Of a stretch of 64,000 nt of DNA, positions 56,927 through 64,000 are shown piece by piece (positions within the stretch are counted from its first letter, which is position 1; every line of letters starts with the position of its first letter). A model generated the notes under the pieces. It saw nothing but the letters and a program-made list of their open reading frames with translations, was not told the origin of the DNA and made no database searches. Source of the stretch: Candidatus Latescibacterota bacterium. GTDB taxonomy: Bacteria > Latescibacterota > UBA2968 > UBA8231. Both the position numbers and the translations under genes were made by a program. The DNA lies in the NCBI GenBank assembly GCA_965221775.1, contig CBDCSU010000006.1, positions 704,001 to 768,000 on the forward strand. The letters run 5' to 3'.

Positions 56927-57796
56927 CTACCCCCAGCGGCTCGGCCCGACCCCCGCCGCGTCGCGGGCCATGCCGTCGGGGCGGTTGGGCAGGTCGAACT
57001 CGATGTTGCGCGTGTTGAGGCTGCGGAAGAAGGGCTGGATGTGCTCCGGCAGGGTGGCCACCTGGTCCGGGTCGTAGTCCTCCACGTCGCCGATGGGACC
57101 GGCCCAGTCAGGGCGGTAGGCGATGGCGAACATGCGGCGCACCGAGTCGGAGTGATTGGGGTAGTTGCCGTGGAAGATCTTCTGGTTGATGACCACCGCC
57201 GAGCCCGCCTTGCAGCAGACCATCACCTCCTCGGGGTGGCTCAGGTAGCGCAGGTAGGGGTTGGCGTTGCGGTGCATGGACAGGTGGGAGCGCGGGATCG
57301 CCTTGAAGGGGGAGCGCTCCGGGGTCTGGTCGTCCAAGTAGTAGAGGACCCGCGCCAGCACCGGCGAGCTCGACTGGACGCCGAAGATCTGCGAGCCGTA
57401 GGGCTGGGCGTCGGTGTGCACGGCGATGCCGGGATGTCCGGGCTCCGAGACGCCGAAGCCGCAGGAGGTGCAGATCAGGTCGTCGCCGAAGAGGTCGCGC
57501 AGGAAATCCACCGTCGGCGGATGGGCGATCGTCTCGATGGCGGTGGGCGAGTCCGTCCACTGCACGTCGCGGGCGCCGCGCTGGTGGCGGCTGTAGTCGA
57601 CGCCCCGCGTCGGCAGCCGGGAGAACTCCTGGCGCAGGGTCTCCACCGTCTCCGGCGGCAGCAGGTCGGGCAGCACCACGTAGCCCTCCAGCTCGATGCA
57701 GCGGATCTGCTCGGCCCGCGTCAGGCTGGCGTAGTCGCGCTCGTCGCGGCGCGCCCCGGCCAGGCTCTCCTTTGGGTTGGTGAAGGAAGTGTCCAT
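56927..57796 (-). CDS. PhyH family dioxygenase
   Basis: EGYVVLPDLL, VHTD, IPRSH, FHGNYPNHS. Confidence 0.88.
   Translation of the reverse strand: MDTSFTNPKESLAGARRDERDYASLTRAEQIRCIELEGYVVLPDLLPPETVETLRQEFSRLPTRGVDYSRHQRGARDVQWTDSPTAIETIAHPPTVDFLRDLFGDDLICTSCGFGVSEPGHPGIAVHTDAQPYGSQIFGVQSSSPVLARVLYYLDDQTPERSPFKAIPRSHLSMHRNANPYLRYLSHPEEVMVCCKAGSAVVINQKIFHGNYPNHSDSVRRMFAIAYRPDWAGPIGDVEDYDPDQVATLPEHIQPFFRSLNTRNIEFDLPNRPDGMARDAAGVGPSRWG
56929..56984. repeat. 56-bp direct repeat, copy 2 (PhyH 3' end)
   Basis: Identical to 55449-55504. Confidence 0.95.
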
Positions 57797-57841
57797 CGCT
57801 CTCGCTCCTGATTTGTGACGTTCGGGTAGGTCCGCCCGCCT

Positions 57842-58972
57842 TCAGGCCGGCGGCTTGTCGCCCTCGAAGACCCGGCGCATCGGTTCCGTGATCCGGCCCT
57901 CGGCCTCCTGACGCTCCGCCCAGTGGGCCGGGACCCCCTCGTTCCAGCGGGCCGGCTCCGCCTGGTCCGGGTCCGGCGTGCGGTAGGCCATCAGCAGCCC
58001 CCAGCGCATGGGGGCGTCGTCGCCGCGGTGGCTCACGCGGTGCGGCATGTGGTGGACGAAGGAGACCATGCTGCCGGGGGCCAGGAAGAGGGGCTCGATG
58101 CGCAGGGGCTCGCCGGTGAAGGCGTGGACCCGGCCCCGCATCCAGCCGGCCTCGAACTGATCGTCGTACTCGCTGCGGCGGGTGTTCCACAGGTAGGGGC
58201 TGCGGTAGAGGTGGGCGCCGGGGACCACGGCCAGCTCGCCGCCCTCGGCGGCATCGCTCATGCCCTCGGGATAGCAGAGGGTGCGCACGCACTGGTGCGG
58301 GAAGTACTCCCGGCTCGGCGGGCGGCCGTTGTCGCGGCCGTGGACATCCCCGGTCTCGTGCTGGCCCTGGCGGTAGCCGTGGGCGTGCCAGCGCCGGCCC
58401 GTCGACCCCGGCGGGCGGTTGAGCGTCAGGATGTGGTCGAGCAGGACCCGCGGGCCGAGGAGCTTGCCGAAGAGCTCCATCATCTGCGGGTGGGTGGTGG
58501 TGACGTCGAGGAGGAAGTCGTCGTAGGCGGGGGCGAAGTACTCGGGCATGACCCCCTCCCAGCGGCAGCCGTCGACCCCGGGGACGGTGCCGGGCCCGAA
58601 GAGGCCGTGGTCCTTCATGTAGTCGCGCAGGCCGGGAGTCATCTGGATGACCCGCATCTGCTCCGAGCCGCCGCAGCAGGAGGCCAGGAACTCGGGGGCA
58701 TAGACCTCCGGGTCCGGCACCGGGAGGCCGCGGGCGGCGTAGTCGACGGCGCCCCAGTCGGTCCCGGTGAGGACGGCGTCGTTCATCGCCTGGAGCCGCC
58801 GCAGGGTGGCGGTCCAGCGGCGGCGGCCCTCGTCGGTGAGGACCCCGTCCCAGACCCAGTAGCCCTCGCGCTCGAAGCGGTCGCGGTCGAAGGCGGCCAG
58901 GACCTCGGGTCGCAGGAGATCGCGGCAGGGGGCGGCCCCGGGTGGGATGGTGTTCTCGGCTGGCGTCGTCAT
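57842..58972 (-). CDS. PhyH-like dioxygenase with HxH in place of HxD
   Basis: FEREGYWVWDGVL, RRWHAHGY, GGELAVVPGAH, HHMPHRV. Confidence 0.75.
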   Translation of the reverse strand: MTTPAENTIPPGAAPCRDLLRPEVLAAFDRDRFEREGYWVWDGVLTDEGRRRWTATLRRLQAMNDAVLTGTDWGAVDYAARGLPVPDPEVYAPEFLASCCGGSEQMRVIQMTPGLRDYMKDHGLFGPGTVPGVDGCRWEGVMPEYFAPAYDDFLLDVTTTHPQMMELFGKLLGPRVLLDHILTLNRPPGSTGRRWHAHGYRQGQHETGDVHGRDNGRPPSREYFPHQCVRTLCYPEGMSDAAEGGELAVVPGAHLYRSPYLWNTRRSEYDDQFEAGWMRGRVHAFTGEPLRIEPLFLAPGSMVSFVHHMPHRVSHRGDDAPMRWGLLMAYRTPDPDQAEPARWNEGVPAHWAERQEAEGRITEPMRRVFEGDKPPA

Positions 58973-59071
58973 TCGGCCCTCGATCCGTGGGCCTGAAGAT
59001 AGCCGGCTCCCGGCCGGGGCGCACCACCGGGACGTTCGAGCCGGGGGAACCGCGTCCCTATCTTTGCTGCC

Positions 59072-60001
59072 ATGCAGAGCCTGACCATGGAGCCGATCCG
59101 CGGCCCGAGAGTGTGGACCGCGGCGAACATCGACGACGCCTCGGCCTGGACCACCGCCCTGAGCGGCGAGTCCCTCCGCGAGCTGGAAACCCTCGCCGCC
59201 GGCGAGGACATGGACTCCCCGAGCCTCTCGCGCCCGCACCTGCCGCGCTGCGCAGAGGAGTTGGCCCCTGTGCGCGAGGAACTGGCCCGGGGCCGCGGGT
59301 TCGCCATCGTCGAAGGCCTCGACGAGTCCCGCTTCGGGGGCGGCGGGTCGGTGGCCGCCTACTGGGCCCTGGGCCGGCTCCTCGGCCGCCCCTTCGCCCA
59401 GGACGTGGCCGGCACCCTGCTCTACGACGTGCGCGACACCGGCCGCTCGGTCACCGACGGCGCCCGGTTCTCGGTGACCCGCGCCGAGAGCACCTTCCAC
59501 ACCGACAACGCCTTCAACGACGAGCTGCCCGACCTCGTGGGCCTCCTCTGCCGGCGCGCCGCCCTCGAGGGGGGCCGCAGCCAGCTCGTCAACGCTCTCG
59601 CCCTCTACAACGAGCTGCTGCCGTCCGTCGACCCCGAGACCCTCCACGGCGCCTTCTGGTTCGACCGCCGCGGCCAGGAGGGCCCGGGGGAGCGTCCCAT
59701 CGCCCGCCGCCGGCTCTTCGCCCGCGACGGCGGCGAGCTCTCCATGCGCTACATGGCCTACTACATCGAGGTCGGCCAGGAGCGCGCCGGCGAGGCCCTG
59801 ACCCCCGCCCAGGGCCGCCTCCTCGAGGCCGTGGAGGAGGTGCTTGCGCACCCCGGGATGCGGGTCGAGTTCGACCTGCGGCCGGGGCAGATGCTGTTCA
59901 CCAACAACCACTGGATCCTCCACAACCGCACCGCCTTCACCGATCACCCGGAGGCGGCCGAGCGGCGCCACTACGTCCGCCTGTGGCTGCGCCGCAACTG
60001 A
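59072..60001 (+). CDS. TauD/TfdA family dioxygenase
   Basis: FHTD, GLLCRR..EGGRS, LRPGQMLFTNNHWILHNRTAF..RHYVRLW. Confidence 0.9.
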   Translation: MQSLTMEPIRGPRVWTAANIDDASAWTTALSGESLRELETLAAGEDMDSPSLSRPHLPRCAEELAPVREELARGRGFAIVEGLDESRFGGGGSVAAYWALGRLLGRPFAQDVAGTLLYDVRDTGRSVTDGARFSVTRAESTFHTDNAFNDELPDLVGLLCRRAALEGGRSQLVNALALYNELLPSVDPETLHGAFWFDRRGQEGPGERPIARRRLFARDGGELSMRYMAYYIEVGQERAGEALTPAQGRLLEAVEEVLAHPGMRVEFDLRPGQMLFTNNHWILHNRTAFTDHPEAAERRHYVRLWLRRN

Positions 60002-60003
60002 GC

Positions 60004-61650
60004 GTGACCTCCCCCCGCACCCCCTTCCACCCCGACCCGTCGCTGCTGGGCCGCCTCGGCGGCGCCGGGGGCGTGCACCGCCTCATCGACGCCTTCTACG
60101 ACGCCATCGCCGCCGACGGCGAGCTGAAGCCGCTCTTTCACGACTTCCACCTGCGCCAGGGACGGGAGCGGGTGAAGGAGTTCTTCGTCGAGTGGCTGGG
60201 CGGGCCACCGGGGTACTCCCGCACCGTTCGCACCGGCATGCGCCGCTTCCACGGCCACCTGTTCATCACCCCGGGCCTCTCCGGGCGCTGGCTGGCGCAC
60301 TTCGACGCGGCCCTGCAGCAGGTGGAGGCGCCGGCCGATGCCGCCGGCGAGGTGATGGCCGCCCTGCGCCGCCTGGCCGGACACTTGGTCAACGACCTGG
60401 AGGAGCGCCGGCCCCTGATGCCGCGGGACCTGCGCTGCGTGCGCTCGCGGCTCTTCCGCGAGCCCGTGGCCCGCATCGCCGCCGACGACCTGCCGGGCCT
60501 GAAGGCGGCCCTCGAGGGCGATCCGCTGCTGCCGCGGATCAGCGGCCCGGGGGGCCGCACCCTGCTCTGGGAGGCGGCCTGGCGCGGGCGGCTGGAGATC
60601 GCCCGCTTCCTCCTGGACCAGGGCGCCGACCCCCGCGAGCCGGGCCTCAGCTCGACCTCCTCGCGGCTGGACGCCGTGGGCGCCGACCTCATGCTGACCC
60701 CCCTCTGCGCCGCCTTGTGGCGGGGCCACCCGGAGACGGCGGACCTGCTCCGCGAGCGCGGCGCCCGGGTGGATGTCCACACCGCCGCCTTCCTCGGGGA
60801 CGCGGAGGCGCTGCGCCGGCTGCTGGACGCGGACCCCGCCCGCGTCCACGAGACCCAGCGCGCCGAGGACGTGTGGCCGGTGACGCCGCTGGCCCACGCC
60901 GTGGGCGCCGGCCGCGCCGGGGCGGTGGAGCTGCTGCTGGCCCGGGGCGCCGAGGTGCGCCCCCACAGCCGCGGCCTCCTCGACCGCGGCGCCCGCATCC
61001 GGCGCGCCGACCTGGTGGAGCTGCTGATCGACCACGGCGCCGACCCGGCGCAGGTGGTCCCCGGCCCCTGGGTCGCCGAACCCGCCATCGCCCGGCTGCT
61101 GGCCGCGAGCGCCGCCAACATCGGGGACTCGCGCTGGGTGCGGCTCTCGTGCTCGGCCGACATCCGCGGCCGCCGCGGCGGCGCCGCGCTGGCCCGGGCC
61201 TTCCTCGACTTCGGCGCCGACGTCAACGGCCGGCAGGCTGACGGGCGGTGTCCGCTGCACGCGGCGGCGAAAGCCGGGTTCCTCGAGACGATGGCGCTCT
61301 TCCTCGACCGCGGGGCCCGCGTCGACGTCCGCGACCGGCAGGGGGAGACGCCCCTGCACCACACCCTGAAGGGCGGCCGCGGCGCCGACGTGATCGCCGC
61401 CATGCAGCTGCTGCTGGAGGCCGGCGCCGACATCGACGCCGCCGGCGGCTCCGGCCTCGCGGTGCTGCACCGGGCGGCGGCCCGGCGCGACGGCGACGTG
61501 GTCGCCTTCCTGCTGCTGGAGGGGGCCGACCCCACCCGGCCGGACCGCCGCGGACGCACCCCCCTCGACGCGCTGCTCGCCGGTCGCGGCCGGCCGGAGC
61601 CGGCCCTGGTGCGGCTGCTGACCGGGTTCTCCTCCGCCCGGGCCGCCTGA
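60004..61650 (+). CDS. Truncated (2/2) hemoglobin fused to ankyrin repeats
   Basis: LGGAGGVHRLIDAFYDAI..LKPLF..FFVEWLGGPPGY..MRRFH..RWLAHF, then repeated TLL/TPLH ankyrin motifs. Confidence 0.82.
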   Translation: MTSPRTPFHPDPSLLGRLGGAGGVHRLIDAFYDAIAADGELKPLFHDFHLRQGRERVKEFFVEWLGGPPGYSRTVRTGMRRFHGHLFITPGLSGRWLAHFDAALQQVEAPADAAGEVMAALRRLAGHLVNDLEERRPLMPRDLRCVRSRLFREPVARIAADDLPGLKAALEGDPLLPRISGPGGRTLLWEAAWRGRLEIARFLLDQGADPREPGLSSTSSRLDAVGADLMLTPLCAALWRGHPETADLLRERGARVDVHTAAFLGDAEALRRLLDADPARVHETQRAEDVWPVTPLAHAVGAGRAGAVELLLARGAEVRPHSRGLLDRGARIRRADLVELLIDHGADPAQVVPGPWVAEPAIARLLAASAANIGDSRWVRLSCSADIRGRRGGAALARAFLDFGADVNGRQADGRCPLHAAAKAGFLETMALFLDRGARVDVRDRQGETPLHHTLKGGRGADVIAAMQLLLEAGADIDAAGGSGLAVLHRAAARRDGDVVAFLLLEGADPTRPDRRGRTPLDALLAGRGRPEPALVRLLTGFSSARAA

Positions 61651-61658
61651 GGCTCCCC

Positions 61659-61829
61659 GTGGTCGAAGACCTCTACCGCCAGCTGTCCCGCTGGATCCAG
61701 TCCGACTTCTTCGAGTACAGCCTCGCCGCCCTCTTCGTGCTCATCTGGTGGGCGGCCAGTTGGGTCGTCGGCCTCATCCGCGGCAAGCCCGTCGCCGAGG
61801 ACCGGCCCCGCCGGCGCCTGCCCCTGTAG
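61659..61829 (+). CDS. 56-aa single-TM membrane protein
   Basis: VVEDLYRQLSRWIQSDFFEYSLAALFVLIWWAASWVVGLIRGKP..; fits tightly between its neighbours. Confidence 0.55.
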   Translation: MVEDLYRQLSRWIQSDFFEYSLAALFVLIWWAASWVVGLIRGKPVAEDRPRRRLPL

Positions 61830-61833
61830 CCGC

Positions 61834-63015
61834 ATGCAGGAACGCCAGGCCATCCGCGAGCACTGCGCCGGCCTCGACGACGCCGGCCTCGTGCGCGCCC
61901 TCACCGTCGACCGCGAGACCAACTCGGCGGCCCTCATCGACGAGGCCGGCCGCGAGCTGGACCGCCGCGGCCTCACCGTGGAGGCGGTGATGGACCGCGT
62001 CTCCGTGCGTCTCGGCCGCGACCGCGAGTCCAGCGTCTCCGCGGCCGAGGCCGCCGCCCTGGTCAACGACGAGGTCCCGCGGGGCGCCGTGGCCGCCTTC
62101 ACCCACGCCCTCGGCGAGATCCTGATCCTGCAGCGCGAGGCCTGGGGCTGGGTCGCCCACCACTACGAGGGCGAGAGCTACGGGCTCTCCTACCTGCTCG
62201 ACGAGACCGATGCGGCGCGCGCCCTGCTGGAGGCGTTCCTGGGGCTGCGGGACTGGCGGGCCCAGGCGGGCGAGGGCCATCACCTCGACGAGTGGGAGAT
62301 CGTGGTCCGCAGCGAGGAGGCCGACGATGTGCGGGCCCTGGCCGACCGCCTCGCCGAGGCCGGCATCCCCCACGTCCTGCGGGGCCCCCCCTTCACGCCG
62401 GAGGGCGATCCCACCACCTCCCTGCTGGTGCCTGCCGAGCGCCGCGAGGAGGCGATGGAAGCCACCGGCACCGGACGCCGCTCGGTGCGGCGCCTCCACC
62501 GGCTCGCCCGCGAGCGCGACGAGGCCGGCGACCGCAACGGCGAGCTAACCGTGTACGAGGAGCTGGCCGAGACCGACGCCGGCAATCCCGCCGTCCACTA
62601 CAACCGCGGCGCCGTGCTCCTGGAGCTGGGGCGGACCGAGGAGGCGGCCGCCGCCTTCCTGCGCTGCGCCGGCCGCGGGATCGAGCGCATGGAGGCCAGC
62701 CTCACCCCGGGCGGCGGCGGCGTGGGCGGAAGCGGCGGTCTGGGCGGCGCCGTGGCGCGCATGATGGGCCGCCTCGGAGACGTCGGGACCCGGCCGCACT
62801 TTCCCGACTACCTGGTGGACGCGGAGATGCAGCTGCTGGCGCTGGAGGAGCGGCTGCCGCAGCGCAAGGAGCTGCTCCACGGCCTGGCGAGCATCGCCCG
62901 GGTCAAGGGTGACGCCGAGACCGCCGGCCGCCGCTACCACCAGATCCTGGAGCTCGACCCCGAAGACGAGGTCGCCCGCTTTCAACTCGGGTACTTGCGG
63001 GCCTCCGCCGATTGA
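61834..63015 (+). CDS. TPR-containing protein
   Basis: AVHYNRGAVLLELGRTEEAAAAF and YHQILELDPED; central DUF2007-like segment LAEAGIPHVLR. Confidence 0.7.
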   Translation: MQERQAIREHCAGLDDAGLVRALTVDRETNSAALIDEAGRELDRRGLTVEAVMDRVSVRLGRDRESSVSAAEAAALVNDEVPRGAVAAFTHALGEILILQREAWGWVAHHYEGESYGLSYLLDETDAARALLEAFLGLRDWRAQAGEGHHLDEWEIVVRSEEADDVRALADRLAEAGIPHVLRGPPFTPEGDPTTSLLVPAERREEAMEATGTGRRSVRRLHRLARERDEAGDRNGELTVYEELAETDAGNPAVHYNRGAVLLELGRTEEAAAAFLRCAGRGIERMEASLTPGGGGVGGSGGLGGAVARMMGRLGDVGTRPHFPDYLVDAEMQLLALEERLPQRKELLHGLASIARVKGDAETAGRRYHQILELDPEDEVARFQLGYLRASAD

Positions 63016-63074
63016 CGATCCTCTTTCCCCCGACGCCCACCCGACGCTCACCAGACTCCGAAGGGAGCCCGCCC

Positions 63075-63836
63075 GTGACCTCGATCCGTCAGTCCGTCTG
63101 CTTCGGCCCCCTCGCCCGCGGCTTCGACGACCCCGCGGAGGGGATCGCCGCCGCCGCCGGTATCGGCTTCGTCTCCGTCGAGATGCTCCCCGAGGAGCAC
63201 TGGCCGCTGGTGCGCGACAACGGCCTCGACATCGCCATCGTCGTGGGCCACGCCTCGCTGCCCGACGGCCTCAACAACCGCGGCAACCACGGCCGCATCG
63301 AGGCGGAGCTGAAGGAGAGCATCGACAAGGCCGCCGAGCACGGCATCCCGTCGCTCATCACGTTCTCCGGCAACCTCGAGGACCGCGGCGACGAGGAGGG
63401 CTTCGACAACTGCGTGGAGGGCCTGCTGCGGGTGAAGGGCTACGCCGAGGAGAAGGGCATCAACCTGTGCATGGAGCTGCTCAACAGCCGGGTCAACCAC
63501 CCCGACTACCAGTGCGACCGCACCGAGTGGGGGGCGCGCCTGTGCCGGGCCGTCGACTCGCCGCGGGTGAAGCTGCTCTACGACATCTACCACATGCAGA
63601 TCATGGAGGGCGACCTGATCCGCACGATCACCGACAACATCGAGTGGATCGCCCACTTCCACACCGCCGGCAACCCGGGGCGCAACGATCCCGACGACAC
63701 CCAGGAGATCTACTACCCCGCCGTCATGCGGGGCATCGCCGCCACCGGCTACGATGGCTTCGTGGGCCACGAGTACTCGCCCAAGGGCGACGCCGTGGAG
63801 TCGCTGAAGACGACCTTCGCCACCTGCGACATCTGA
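63075..63836 (+). CDS. Hydroxypyruvate isomerase (Hyi) family TIM barrel
   Basis: LITFSGN, MELLNSRVNHPDY, LLYDIYHMQIMEGD, HFHTAGNPGR, GHEY. Confidence 0.9.
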   Translation: MTSIRQSVCFGPLARGFDDPAEGIAAAAGIGFVSVEMLPEEHWPLVRDNGLDIAIVVGHASLPDGLNNRGNHGRIEAELKESIDKAAEHGIPSLITFSGNLEDRGDEEGFDNCVEGLLRVKGYAEEKGINLCMELLNSRVNHPDYQCDRTEWGARLCRAVDSPRVKLLYDIYHMQIMEGDLIRTITDNIEWIAHFHTAGNPGRNDPDDTQEIYYPAVMRGIAATGYDGFVGHEYSPKGDAVESLKTTFATCDI

Positions 63837-63846
63837 GGAGAAAGGC

Positions 63847-64000
63847 ATGACCCTCACCACCGGCGCGGAACTGCAGATCCTGCCCTCGGGCGGCGCTCTC
63901 GGCGCCGAGATCCGCGGGCTGGACCTGGGCCGGGAGTTGACCCCCGAAGAGGTGAAGCAGGTGCGCGCCGCCCTGTTGGCGCACTGCGTCCTCGTCTTCC
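63847..64000 (+). CDS. TauD/TfdA family dioxygenase, 3' partial
   Basis: MTLTTGAELQILPSGGALGAEIRGLDL..VRAALLAHCVLVF. Confidence 0.8.
   Translation, partial: MTLTTGAELQILPSGGALGAEIRGLDLGRELTPEEVKQVRAALLAHCVLVF

Larger units (their letters stand above)
55449..56984. mobile_element. 1.48-kb integrated TA cassette bounded by 56-bp direct repeats
   Basis: The direct repeats enclose two genes on the opposite strand to the host operon; no recombinase inside. Confidence 0.75.

Noticed and set aside
57842-61650. Extended 709-aa and 902-aa ORF versions (apparent larger fusions)
   Set aside because: The extensions overlap the TauD gene in other frames. Starts at 58972 and 60004 give non-overlapping genes.

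Overview
A 64-kb, very GC-rich bacterial window. The gene content suggests a Latescibacterota/Handelsmanbacteria-like or similar host-associated lineage (inference only): six PhyH-like and two TauD-like Fe(II)/2OG dioxygenases, a sulfatase, ankyrin/WD40/TPR proteins, and two giant secreted metalloproteases ending in a (Y/W)PNPFN FlgD-Ig/T9SS-like domain. Most of it is ordinary metabolism and transport: a cobalamin/iron ABC locus, a TonB-dependent receptor, msrAB, hemL, sugar-acid enzymes and a GH2. Several accessory insertions interrupt it. Highlights: (1) a lower-GC, translationally coupled five-gene CBASS variant (HTH-ImmA/IrrE peptidase, degenerate PIN, HNH-SAVED, CD-NTase, E2-SEC-C) with no E1 or JAB gene. 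(2) A family of three 27-39 aa hydrophobic peptides, each with its own consensus sigma54 promoter and strong RBS, sharing a [ED][IL]AxPxA[IV]xx[CS][FY] motif. (3) A 1.48-kb AbiEii-type TA cassette flanked by a perfect 56-bp direct repeat, with no recombinase. (4) A truncated-hemoglobin/ankyrin fusion. I saw no rRNA, tRNA, CRISPR array, integrase or transposase. Product calls come from motif recognition by eye, not database searches.
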